55,980 nucleotides of DNA, taken from a virus (taxonomy: Duplodnaviria; Caudoviricetes). The notes below the pieces were generated by a model. That model saw nothing but the letters and a program-made list of their open reading frames with translations, did not search any database and was not told the origin of the DNA. A program made the position numbers and the translations under genes. Below are positions 37,972-46,670 of the stretch, one piece after another; the stretch's first letter is position 1, and the number at the start of each line of letters is the position of its first letter. The DNA lies in the IMG/VR virus record IMGVR_UViG_3300012936_002638, positions 1 through 55,980 of that record; one strand, written 5' to 3'.

Positions 37972-38278
37972 AGGTATTCCTACTAGGGAAGAACTTGTAG
38001 AAACGTTAGGCAATGAGATTGTTGATGTAACATTTAAGAAGTTAAGTGGTGACGAGCGTAAAATGAAATGCACTCTTATTCCTAGTATGTTGCCACCTGC
38101 TCAACGTGATGATAAACTTAGCCAAACAAAAATACGTAACCTAGAAGAAAAAACTATTGTAGTATGGGCTATTGATATTGAACCTAGTGCTTGGCGTAGT
38201 TTTAGGTACGATCGGATAACAAAGGTTGAAGTTGATAAGTATTATGGCAATGGAACAGAGGACACGGCAAACTATTGA
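37928..38278 (+). CDS. WYL_2-like SH3 beta-barrel protein
   Basis: VTFKKLSGDERKMKCTL...AWRSFRYDRI. Confidence 0.7.
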   Translation: MTTTEDVQKTIADLKGIPTREELVETLGNEIVDVTFKKLSGDERKMKCTLIPSMLPPAQRDDKLSQTKIRNLEEKTIVVWAIDIEPSAWRSFRYDRITKVEVDKYYGNGTEDTANY

Positions 38279-38793
38279 TACAAGAGATACATTTAGACAT
38301 TGACTGCAATCACTTTTTAAATGCAGACTACTCACAACATTATGGTTCATGCATTTCATACCAGGTGCGTGAACAAAAAGATTTACATGTAGGTGGCTTT
38401 CCTAAAAGCTACACAGAAGATAACACAAGAATACAACAACTATGGTGGGATCATTTTCCGCTGTCTGGCAAAGACTTAGGCATGGAAATTATCACAGTTA
38501 GTACAATATTACAACCTCCTGGTAATACTGTTACATGTCACAGAGATACATTTTTTCAAATTAATAAAAGATATCCTAATGACACACGTAAAAAAGTAAG
38601 AGCAAATATATATTTGCAAGACTGGAAGCCAGGACATTTGATACACTACCAAGATGCAAACAAAGAATGGCAGTCAAGCACACATTGGAAAGCTGGTGAT
38701 GGATTTATATGGGATTCAGATCATTTGCATCTAAGTGGTAACTGTGGATTGGAAGACAAATATACACTACAGGTTTCAGGTTTTTTACAATAA
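38275..38793 (+). CDS. Cupin/Fe-dependent hydroxylase-like protein
   Basis: QPPGN..CHRD, WKAGD, HLSGNCG, LQVSG. Confidence 0.55.
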   Translation: MIQEIHLDIDCNHFLNADYSQHYGSCISYQVREQKDLHVGGFPKSYTEDNTRIQQLWWDHFPLSGKDLGMEIITVSTILQPPGNTVTCHRDTFFQINKRYPNDTRKKVRANIYLQDWKPGHLIHYQDANKEWQSSTHWKAGDGFIWDSDHLHLSGNCGLEDKYTLQVSGFLQ

Positions 38794-38798
38794 AAAGG

Positions 38799-38834
38799 TT
38801 GACAAACTAGTAGTAGTATAATAAAGTATAAATA
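38799..38834 (+). promoter_or_regulatory. Early promoter with overlapping late promoter
   Basis: (GG)TTGACA-17 nt-TAAAGT plus TATAAATA at 38827-34. Confidence 0.55.
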
Positions 38835-38858
38835 TAGGCAACAACGGAAGGCACTATT

Positions 38859-39362
38859 ATGAAAAAGATTATTTTGGCATTATTTGTGATCGCGGCAGGC
38901 TGTTCGCCAGCGGCGGCTGAATCAGTACAAGCAACCATTACTTATGTAGAACCACGATATGAAACGTCATGGCAAGACGTACCACAAAATCGTTGCGAAA
39001 CAGTGCAAGTACCAATCTATGGAACTGTACAAGGCGGAGGTGCTTCAGGTGGTGATGTCCTAACAGGAATGATTATAGGTGGACTACTTGGAAAAGGCTT
39101 AACAGGTAAAGATAATGGAGCGGCCGCTGGTGCAGTATTAGGTGGCGTGATATCAGCAGATAAAAACAATCAACAGAGAGTGATTACTGGATATCAAAAT
39201 CAACAACAATGTTATACTTCATACAATCGGCAGAAAGTACAAACTCTAAAAAACTACTTTATACGATTTGAGTATAACGGTATGCAAGGAACTGCATATA
39301 CTTACAACAACTATCAAGTTGGACAACGTATTCCAGTAAGTATTCAACTACGGGCTGACTAA
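38859..39362 (+). CDS. Glycine-zipper 2TM domain envelope protein
   Basis: Signal peptide; GMIIGGLLGKG...GAAAGAVLGG. Confidence 0.75.
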   Translation: MKKIILALFVIAAGCSPAAAESVQATITYVEPRYETSWQDVPQNRCETVQVPIYGTVQGGGASGGDVLTGMIIGGLLGKGLTGKDNGAAAGAVLGGVISADKNNQQRVITGYQNQQQCYTSYNRQKVQTLKNYFIRFEYNGMQGTAYTYNNYQVGQRIPVSIQLRAD

Positions 39363-39535
39363 TGCAAAGCGAAATACTTAGCTTATTGTATGATATCCTT
39401 GATAGGGTAGAACGCATTGAAGAAGTTGTGGTTGGCAAGAGGCCTGAACCTCCTGCAAAAACTGAAAAACCAGAACTTATTATTGTAGAAACGGAAGCTG
39501 ATGAAACGGTGGTAGAGTTCCCAAAACTGGACTAA
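39362..39535 (+). CDS. Hypothetical 57-aa protein (not in the ORF track)
   Basis: TAATG coupling; MQSEILSLLYDILDRVERIEE...PKLD*. Confidence 0.45.
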   Translation: MQSEILSLLYDILDRVERIEEVVVGKRPEPPAKTEKPELIIVETEADETVVEFPKLD

Positions 39536-40292
39536 TACACCGCCGTTCATCATCTATCAATCCAAACAGTATACAATCACTTTGCTCCATATCATGTTCT
39601 TGACATATTTCTATTTGCTTCATTCTATACTTCTTAGTAATAAAGTCACTAGCAAAGTTTTCCATAAGTTTTAGATGAAGTCCTAATGTAGGATGATTTA
39701 CATACATATGTTTATTCAACACACTTGCAGGACCTGCGGTGTGTTGTTTTGTATATACGACACCACATCTAAAAAATCCAGTGTCAAATGCTTTGCTAAA
39801 ACTAAATGAAACGTGTGTAATACAGTTACGTCTACAGTCAAGCCTTCCTATACTTACACCTGCTAAACAAGCATCTACGAATACTTTGATCTTGTTGTCT
39901 TCACAAAATCTCAAAATACTATCCCATTCTTTATGTGGGTTGCCGGTAGCGGCAAATGGATAACTTATAATCAATCTACTGCCTGCAGGAATATTCTTAT
40001 ATTTTGTTTCTGTTGCTCTTCCTGCGTCTCTATGATACGTATATTCGCCGTGTAGCACGTAACAAGGCTCTGTGTATACTTCGTTAAATGCTTCTGTACA
40101 ACCAGCTGTTACAAACCCAGTATAACGCTCTAAACCCTCTATATAAAACGTATTGTTACCATATGTTAACCATTCTCTATGTCTATCTACAAAGTGAGCT
40201 GGAGAATGTATTGCTCCTATCATTAGTCCGTGTTTATGAGAAAAGGTAATAACTTCTTCATCACGTATTGCTATTGCCTTGCTACTAAACAT
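39480..40292 (-). CDS. PLP-dependent fold-type-I enzyme-like protein
   Basis: GCTEAF, GEYTYH, SYPFAATGN, FVDAC, SFSFSKAF (Lys), RCG. Confidence 0.6.
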   Translation of the reverse strand: MFSSKAIAIRDEEVITFSHKHGLMIGAIHSPAHFVDRHREWLTYGNNTFYIEGLERYTGFVTAGCTEAFNEVYTEPCYVLHGEYTYHRDAGRATETKYKNIPAGSRLIISYPFAATGNPHKEWDSILRFCEDNKIKVFVDACLAGVSIGRLDCRRNCITHVSFSFSKAFDTGFFRCGVVYTKQHTAGPASVLNKHMYVNHPTLGLHLKLMENFASDFITKKYRMKQIEICQEHDMEQSDCILFGLIDDERRCISPVLGTLPPFHQLPFLQ

Positions 40293-40995
40293 TTACAACC
40301 TGTGCCTTAAAAAAGTTAAAAAAACCTGTAAGTGTTAATCTAACATTTTCTCCAGCATCCTTATCTACCCGAGTTATACCATGTACAACATTTTTACCAA
40401 TAAGCACCAATCTATTTGGCTTGGGTGCAATAAAGTATCCTAAGCCATGTTCTATTAAGTGTTTTTGTTTTTGTGCTTGTTCAAACATTTCTAATGTGCC
40501 TACACTAGCATATGTATCTTTTTGTTTAGTACCTGGTAGTTTTCTCATCATTTGCTTATATTCAACACTGTCCTTAGGCATTACTAACAACATACTATCC
40601 CAGTTGATTTGCCAATGCTTGTGCAAGTAATAACTATAAGTAACTCCGCCCATGTCTGTATGCCAAGGATTTTTTGATCCTATAGGGTATGCATGACAAC
40701 GCATAGCAATATCTGTATAGCCTTTTACAAAGTCTTGTGCATCGTCACATGTATCTGCAAAAGTTTTTATAGCATCTGCCCATATATCATAGTTATCATC
40801 AAATGGTGCATCCTTAACAAATCTTTTACTTGCTTTATAGTTTGATCCGTCAGTAATATGCCAATACTTATCATCCGTTTGACTTTGAGTCCATTCATCA
40901 CATTGTACTTGGTTAATTAACTTATCTTGACACTCTTGTGTTAAAAAGTTGTCCACTACCAAAACTTCGGGTGTTTTCATAACAACGTTGTACAT
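40285..40995 (-). CDS. 2OG-Fe(II) oxygenase
   Basis: WHTD, YYLH, PKPNRLV, HGITRV, RLTLTGF. Confidence 0.75.
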   Translation of the reverse strand: MYNVVMKTPEVLVVDNFLTQECQDKLINQVQCDEWTQSQTDDKYWHITDGSNYKASKRFVKDAPFDDNYDIWADAIKTFADTCDDAQDFVKGYTDIAMRCHAYPIGSKNPWHTDMGGVTYSYYLHKHWQINWDSMLLVMPKDSVEYKQMMRKLPGTKQKDTYASVGTLEMFEQAQKQKHLIEHGLGYFIAPKPNRLVLIGKNVVHGITRVDKDAGENVRLTLTGFFNFFKAQVVNV

Positions 40996-41684
40996 TATAA
41001 TATTTCTCCTATGTTCAGTACATTATTTTTAGTTATAGATTCTGCTACAGCCTTTCCAAATTCTGCATGAGCTCTTTCTCCAGCGTGTTTATTATCAAAA
41101 GCAAGCGGAGTTATTCTCCTATAGTTGTCAAAGAATACATTTTGTATTTTACAATCTAAGATATATTTTATATGTTTTCGTGGAAAATCTTTGAAAAAAT
41201 TTGTTCCTGTGCTAGTTTGCAACATATGATAATTAGGAATGTTCTTAGAATCTAAATATAACATTGCATGGCTTATACACTGTGCAGTATCTAAAACACT
41301 ATCATAACTTTGATAACAATATTTATACCACGCCCTGGCCGCTTTACTTTCATCTACAGCCCAAGGTCCCCAATGGCTATATGTTTTATGGTCTACAAAC
41401 AATGTATGCCTATTTGTGTGCGACCATAGTATACATACTACATCTTGACCATAATCATAGTTTAGTATTTTATACAAAATATGTCTGTTTGATGCTCCTG
41501 GCACAGCTTGGTTATTGTGTTTTAAATGTAATTTTCGTGCAACAATATTTCCCCAAGCGTACTTGCTTGGATAGGCGTCTCCGTTGTGTCTTTTTTGCAG
41601 ATGCATATCGTCAGCATCATATATGTCTGGCATGCAAGAACCCCATGTATGACTACATCCAAAACTTATTAAATTAACTGACAT
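40995..41684 (-). CDS. SGNH/GDSL-like hydrolase or acyltransferase
   Basis: FGCSHTWG, PGASN, DNKHAG...H. Confidence 0.6.
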   Translation of the reverse strand: MSVNLISFGCSHTWGSCMPDIYDADDMHLQKRHNGDAYPSKYAWGNIVARKLHLKHNNQAVPGASNRHILYKILNYDYGQDVVCILWSHTNRHTLFVDHKTYSHWGPWAVDESKAARAWYKYCYQSYDSVLDTAQCISHAMLYLDSKNIPNYHMLQTSTGTNFFKDFPRKHIKYILDCKIQNVFFDNYRRITPLAFDNKHAGERAHAEFGKAVAESITKNNVLNIGEIL

Positions 41685-42675
41685 AACTTTCGCACTTACC
41701 TTCTCTTGTTAAATCTAATGTTACACAGTGCAATCCGCTATCCCAAAAAAACTTATGCCTAAAGTTAAACGGCACCATTTCTATACCATGACTTTTTAGT
41801 TGTGTAGCAATGTTCTTATCATAGCCATTTGTTATTACAAGTTCTGGATTTACACTTATAACATTGACATCAAATATTGTTTCGTCTACGTGTCCTATCC
41901 AACTGTCTAACCAAGTTGCAACATTTTTGGCTCTTAATGGTTGCATTTTGCTTTGCCAAAACTGCTCTGGCACAGGCTGTTTAGGAACTACTATATAATC
42001 CCAATCGCTTAGTTCAGTTGGTATCATTTCGGGTAACCAACACATTAACAATCCTGGCTTTAACAAGGCAATCTTACCATCAGCATGTCCACTTTCTGGA
42101 ATACCTATCCATTTTGCATCTACTCTATCTTGTATCCATTCAAGCCCTGCCTTTGTACCTCTACCAAACTGTCTTGTCATAGGATATGAACTGTCATTGT
42201 ATGGTTCGGTGTATAATAATGTGTCACCACACTTTAACATATTAGCGGCATGATATAAAGGTGTGCCTTCTAATGCAACATATGGCTGGTAAAAGCCTCC
42301 AAGTGTTGGAGTAGGCATAGCACTATATCGTCTATCCATATTGTGAATAATATCATTATAATGTTGGCGTTCATAAAATCTATTAGGGTCACCGCCTATT
42401 GTAGCAATGACTTGATCACCATAAACAAAATGCATATCACGTGGACAAACAGCAGGATATCTAAAGTCACCTTTATATTCGCATTTTGGTCTATGAACAG
42501 TAACGTCATAACTACGTAGCAGTTCTGCTAAATCAAAAAAATCTTCTTCTGATTCTTCGAAAATACGTTGTAGTCCATTACGAAACTCTACATCTTCAAT
42601 GTGTTCTATATCAGTTGGATCATACACTCGTCCAACTATCATTTCTTTTAGTGGATCCCATTCTGTCCATATCAT
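41674..42675 (-). CDS. Amidinotransferase (glycine/inosamine-phosphate type)
   Basis: WTEWDPLKEMIVG, CPRD, GHADG, VNVISV, catalytic GLHCVTLD. Confidence 0.82.
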   Translation of the reverse strand: MIWTEWDPLKEMIVGRVYDPTDIEHIEDVEFRNGLQRIFEESEEDFFDLAELLRSYDVTVHRPKCEYKGDFRYPAVCPRDMHFVYGDQVIATIGGDPNRFYERQHYNDIIHNMDRRYSAMPTPTLGGFYQPYVALEGTPLYHAANMLKCGDTLLYTEPYNDSSYPMTRQFGRGTKAGLEWIQDRVDAKWIGIPESGHADGKIALLKPGLLMCWLPEMIPTELSDWDYIVVPKQPVPEQFWQSKMQPLRAKNVATWLDSWIGHVDETIFDVNVISVNPELVITNGYDKNIATQLKSHGIEMVPFNFRHKFFWDSGLHCVTLDLTREGKCESYVS

Positions 42676-42707
42676 AAAACTATTTACGAAAAAGTGGCAT
42701 TTAATGG

Positions 42708-42736
42708 TTGACTTCTGATATATAGTACACTATATT
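42708..42736 (+). promoter_or_regulatory. Promoter of the tRNA array
   Basis: (GG)TTGACT-17 nt-TATATT, 11 nt before the first tRNA. Confidence 0.65.
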
Positions 42737-42747
42737 AAGCAAACAAT

Positions 42748-42821
42748 ATGGGTGTGGTGTAGTGGCAACACGTCAGTCTCCAAAACTGAAGATGAGGGTT
42801 CGATTCCTTCCACCTGTGCCA
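42748..42821 (+). tRNA. tRNA-Trp(CCA)
   Basis: Anticodon arm TCAGT-CTCCAAA-ACTGA, GGTTCGATTCC T-arm, encoded CCA. Confidence 0.9.
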
Positions 42822-42825
42822 AAAA

Positions 42826-42909
42826 GGGCGATATGCTACAAGGTGTGGCAGGGGACTGTAAATCCTCCGGGGAAACCCACGCCAGGTTCGATTCCTGGAT
42901 CGCCCACCA
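42826..42909 (+). tRNA. tRNA-Tyr(GTA)
   Basis: GGGCGAT/ATCGCCC acceptor stem, CTGTAAA loop, long variable arm, CCA. Confidence 0.9.
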
Positions 42910-42914
42910 AATAT

Positions 42915-42990
42915 GTGCGTGTGTCCGGAATGGTTACGGAACGGATTGCAAATCCGTCTTATGCTGGTTCAAGTCCAGTCACGCACTCCA
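42915..42990 (+). tRNA. tRNA-Cys(GCA)
   Basis: GTGCGTG/CACGCAC stem, ACGGA-TTGCAAA-TCCGT, U73, CCA. Confidence 0.9.
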
Positions 42991-42993
42991 AAT

Positions 42994-43066
42994 GCGGCGT
43001 TTCTCCTGGGAGAGGACTCAGCCTTCCAAGCTGATGGAATCGGTTCGAATCCGGTACGCCGCTCCA
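42994..43066 (+). tRNA. tRNA-Gly(TCC)
   Basis: GCGGCGT/ACGCCGC stem, TCAGC-CTTCCAA-GCTGA, U73, CCA. Confidence 0.88.
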
Positions 43067-43068
43067 CT

Positions 43069-43155
43069 GCCTCCTTGGTGGAATAGGTAGACACAACAGA
43101 CTTAAAATCTGTCGCTGAATACAGCGTGCCAGTTCGAGTCTGGCAGGAGGCACCA
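43069..43155 (+). tRNA. tRNA-Leu(TAA)
   Basis: GCCTCCT/AGGAGGC stem, ACAGA-CTTAAAA-TCTGT, long variable arm, CCA. Confidence 0.92.
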
Positions 43156-43157
43156 AT

Positions 43158-43233
43158 GCAGGAGTAGCTTAGTGGTTAAAGCCCCCCGCTCATAACGGGT
43201 TGATCGTAGGTTCGAATCCTACCTCCTGCACCA
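43158..43233 (+). tRNA. tRNA with CAT anticodon (probably Ile2/lysidine, otherwise elongator Met)
   Basis: GCAGGAG/CTCCTGC stem (paired 1-72, so not an initiator), CTCATAA loop, CCA. Confidence 0.85.
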
Positions 43234-43241
43234 TTACCTAT

Positions 43242-43249
43242 TATAAATA
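43242..43249 (+). promoter_or_regulatory. T4-type late promoter TATAAATA, 5 nt before an ATG
   Basis: Exact match; no SD between it and ATG 43255. Confidence 0.6.
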
Positions 43250-43254
43250 TCTTT

Positions 43255-43482
43255 ATGTACAGTGTAGAATTTGATCACGATGAGGTTTGCATAACCGTAA
43301 TGGATGACACTGGAGTACACGGTGATCTTAAAATACGGTCATATGAAGATATAGTCTATATTACTCAAGATGATGAAGAACTAGATGTTGAGTTTATTTT
43401 AGAAATAAATCCTAAGATGTGGGAAGACCTCATAGCCGCTATACATTCTCCCGAAGGCTTTTTTATGAGGAAGAGGCGTTGA
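43255..43482 (+). CDS. Acidic hypothetical protein
   Basis: 75-aa ORF after a late promoter. Confidence 0.6.
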   Translation: MYSVEFDHDEVCITVMDDTGVHGDLKIRSYEDIVYITQDDEELDVEFILEINPKMWEDLIAAIHSPEGFFMRKRR

Positions 43483-43958
43483 CAAATAACGAAGACATAT
43501 TAGTCTTCGATTATGATTTTGACAAGTCTTTATTACTTGATTTTTGGAATCAGAATCAAGACAAAACTCAGCCCTACACTGACAAGCGTTTTGGCAAGTT
43601 TGTTATGAATAACTGGCGTATACTTAATGACATTGAAATAGAATATTCTAATATATTATGTAAACAGTTTGATATAGATGCAATACCAAAGTTTTATATA
43701 CTAGAAGCAAACACACAGTTACTTCCACATGTAGATCAAGATACAACTTGCAGTATTAACTTTTTATTAAGTGACGGTGCGGCTCCTGTTCGTTTTACAG
43801 ATAATGAATACTATTATAAATCTGCTTTATTAAACACTACACGTAAACATTCGGTTGACAAATACCCAAAAGATCGTATACTATTTAAGCTAAGTGTTAA
43901 AGATGAGGGATTTGATACAGTGAAGCAAAAAATACTAAATACATTATCGAGGAGATAA
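43479..43958 (+). CDS. Cupin/2OG-Fe(II)-oxygenase-like protein
   Basis: TTGA-coupled start; PHVD..CSINF...HSV...RILFKLS. Confidence 0.5.
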   Translation: MTNNEDILVFDYDFDKSLLLDFWNQNQDKTQPYTDKRFGKFVMNNWRILNDIEIEYSNILCKQFDIDAIPKFYILEANTQLLPHVDQDTTCSINFLLSDGAAPVRFTDNEYYYKSALLNTTRKHSVDKYPKDRILFKLSVKDEGFDTVKQKILNTLSRR

Positions 43959-43961
43959 CCT

Positions 43962-44723
43962 ATGGGTGGTAAAGTATTTGATGGCACTGGTGATTTTGAT
44001 CATAATGCTATAGAAGAACTGTTAGACTTAGTTAATAACAACATTCTTAAAGGAACTGGCATTGAATGTATTCCAGTTGGTAGTGCGGCAACACCCACAC
44101 CTGGCAAACGTTCAGGTGATTTAGATGTTATTGTAGATCAAAATGCTGTTATGCAACATTTTAACAGTAAAGATGTAAAAGAAGCACGAGCTCAACTAGC
44201 AGAGTTTATACGCAGTGTTGGATTCGAAACTGCACAATCAGGTACAAATGTACATGTTAAGATGCCATTAGGCTCTGAGTTCCACCAACTAGATATTATG
44301 GTTGTTGACAATGCGCCTACAGTGGCTAAATTTCATACACATGTATTGCCAGCACAAAGTCCATATAAAGGCATACACAAGCAACTAGCTATTGCAAAAA
44401 TAGCAAAAGCAAACGGTATGTTATGGAGTGCGTGGAAAGGACTTTTTGTACGTGACGAAAAAGGCAAAGCTGGAGAATTTATTTCAAGCGATTTGAACGT
44501 AATAGCACAGAGGTTATTAGGTGGCAATCGTAATGCTACTGATTTGAATAGTTTAGAAAGTATTTTAGCAACAATGCCAAAAGACAAAGCAGATGCATTA
44601 ATGGCTGAACTAGAACAAGATAGAAACTGGAATGTACCTAGAACAGAAAGTGTAATCACACTAGCAGATGCAAATCACAACAGGATTGTAGAACTTATCA
44701 ATAGATTGGCTGACAGCAGATGA
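43962..44723 (+). CDS. Pol-beta-superfamily nucleotidyltransferase-like protein
   Basis: PVGSA...SGDLDVIV...QLDIM; GAGGAG SD; TAAATA at 43936. Confidence 0.65.
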   Translation: MGGKVFDGTGDFDHNAIEELLDLVNNNILKGTGIECIPVGSAATPTPGKRSGDLDVIVDQNAVMQHFNSKDVKEARAQLAEFIRSVGFETAQSGTNVHVKMPLGSEFHQLDIMVVDNAPTVAKFHTHVLPAQSPYKGIHKQLAIAKIAKANGMLWSAWKGLFVRDEKGKAGEFISSDLNVIAQRLLGGNRNATDLNSLESILATMPKDKADALMAELEQDRNWNVPRTESVITLADANHNRIVELINRLADSR

Positions 44724-45850
44724 GATATCAAGAACTAATAGAAGAAAAACAGTTAGGCAGAGCTTTCAATCATTTGGAAGATCTTGTGTTCTTCTATGGC
44801 AGTGCAGGAACAATAGAAGCTCTTGAACATTTAAAGGATATTGCTACAGAATCAGGCGCACAAAGTATTAGAATGAAGTGGGATGGTAACCCGCAAATAT
44901 ATTGGGGTAGAGCTAAAAAAGGTGGGCCATTAATATTTGGAGGACACAATGCATGGAGCAGAGGCAATGCGGCTACAAGTGCAGAAGAAGTGCAAGACTT
45001 CATTGCAAATAAAAGCGGTTCTCCTAAAAGTCCAGAAGATAAAAAAGCTAGAGATGCATTTGCAAATCAGTTTGCTAGTATGTATCCATACTTTGACAGA
45101 GCTACACCAAAAGACTTTATTGGTTTTGTTTACGCAGATGGATTATTTTTAGATCCTCCTACTGAAGAAAATGGTGTATACACATTTTGTCCAAATCCTA
45201 AATCAAAAACTTGTTATCATGTTAAAGCATCAAGCGAACTTGGTAGACGTATATCACGTGCAAAGCTAATGGTAGTAGGACATGCATACTTTCCAGAATG
45301 GGGATTACCTGATAGTTCACAGGAACCAATGCAAGACTTTAGTGCTTTTGACAATGATCCAAGATTAATAGTCTTAGGGCCTGTTTACAATAGTAAACCT
45401 GTAAGTGTAAACACCCAAGGAATAGATAGAGCAGAAACATACGTCAGATCTAACGGAAATAAAATAGACCAGTTTCTACAACCTGTAAGAGGACTTGCAG
45501 ATTTAAAAAATATAATATATACCTATGTTAATCAGACAGCAAAAGCAAAACAGTTAGATAGACTAAGCGGATCACATTTTGGGCAGTGGTTACAAGCTAG
45601 TAGAGTTAGTGCTAATAAACAAGCAAAAATAAAAGAGTTAAACGAACAACACGATAATGCTATTGAAGCAATACTCGAGTTAGTGAAAATGATTCAAGAG
45701 GTCAAAGACGATGTTATTGACCAAGTTGAAGGTGAACAAGGAGACATTTGGGATAGCAATGGCGAAGGACGAGTTCGTTATGCAGATCCTTTGACCAAGC
45801 AGTTTGGTAATGTAAAACTTGTTCCTAGAAAAAGGTGGACACCGTCATGA
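44720..45850 (+). CDS. KxDG ligase-fold (DUF6267-like) protein
   Basis: HLEDL, MKWDGNPQIYWG, GEGRV, VKLVPR (ligase motifs I, IV and V-like). Confidence 0.6.
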   Translation: MRYQELIEEKQLGRAFNHLEDLVFFYGSAGTIEALEHLKDIATESGAQSIRMKWDGNPQIYWGRAKKGGPLIFGGHNAWSRGNAATSAEEVQDFIANKSGSPKSPEDKKARDAFANQFASMYPYFDRATPKDFIGFVYADGLFLDPPTEENGVYTFCPNPKSKTCYHVKASSELGRRISRAKLMVVGHAYFPEWGLPDSSQEPMQDFSAFDNDPRLIVLGPVYNSKPVSVNTQGIDRAETYVRSNGNKIDQFLQPVRGLADLKNIIYTYVNQTAKAKQLDRLSGSHFGQWLQASRVSANKQAKIKELNEQHDNAIEAILELVKMIQEVKDDVIDQVEGEQGDIWDSNGEGRVRYADPLTKQFGNVKLVPRKRWTPS

Positions 45851-46062
45851 GTATAACAGATGCAGTAGTATTAGTAATAACAATGTGGGGTAAGACAGCC
45901 AGCGGCGAATGGGTTTACATTGGCAACCAGTATGTCAATCAAACTCCAATGCCATTAACAGAATGTTCAGAAATGATATCTCCAGATAACTGGGAAATAT
46001 TTGCAGACAATGAATATTATCGTGTAGAGCTTGCTTGCTATCATGTTCCTGAGGAGCAATAA
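45847..46062 (+). CDS. Small hypothetical protein
   Basis: Coupled on both sides (ATGA, TAATG). Confidence 0.5.
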   Translation: MSITDAVVLVITMWGKTASGEWVYIGNQYVNQTPMPLTECSEMISPDNWEIFADNEYYRVELACYHVPEEQ

Positions 46063-46652
46063 TGAAACTAAGAGAACTATTTGAAGCACCAGGCGAAACA
46101 GTAGGTCTTATATTTGGAAGATTCAATCCTCCACACAAAGGACACAAAGCCGCTTGGGAAATGGCGGCGCAAGAAACACATTGGTATGTTGGTACTAACC
46201 AAAGCACTATAGGTCCTAAAGATCCATTACCTGCACAAGTTAAAGTTCTTGCAATGGAAACTATAATGCCTGAAGTTAAAGAGCATATTATTTTTAGTCA
46301 AAGTTGGCTCACACTTGCAAGTGAACTATATAAGCAACATCCTGATGCAACATTGGTTTTATTTACTGACGAAGGTTGGGTGCCAAAAACAATAGCACAA
46401 TACAATGGCAAAGAAGGTCCTCATGGCGTATATAACTTTGCAGGTATAGAAACTAAACCTACACCAAGACTAAGCAGTGCAACGGCATTGCGTAAAGCAG
46501 TGCTTGACAACAGCCCTGAAGAGTTTGCCGACGCGGCAGGTGTACCAGCAGACACAATAATTGATGTACCAGGTGAAAATGTAACATTTTTTGATATGGT
46601 AGCAAAATATCTTGAGCCACATAGAGAAAAACTTCTTGCAAAAAAGAAGTAA
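46062..46652 (+). CDS. HxGH cytidylyltransferase/NMNAT-like nucleotidyltransferase
   Basis: IFGRFNPPHKGH, KDPL, SSATALRKA. Confidence 0.78.
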   Translation: MKLRELFEAPGETVGLIFGRFNPPHKGHKAAWEMAAQETHWYVGTNQSTIGPKDPLPAQVKVLAMETIMPEVKEHIIFSQSWLTLASELYKQHPDATLVLFTDEGWVPKTIAQYNGKEGPHGVYNFAGIETKPTPRLSSATALRKAVLDNSPEEFADAAGVPADTIIDVPGENVTFFDMVAKYLEPHREKLLAKKK

Positions 46653-46670
46653 TCGTATTATAATCATATA

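Noticed and set aside
42752-43156. ORFs 42752-43090, 42762-43034 and 42959-43156
   Set aside because: They overlap six well-formed tRNA genes and are spurious translations.
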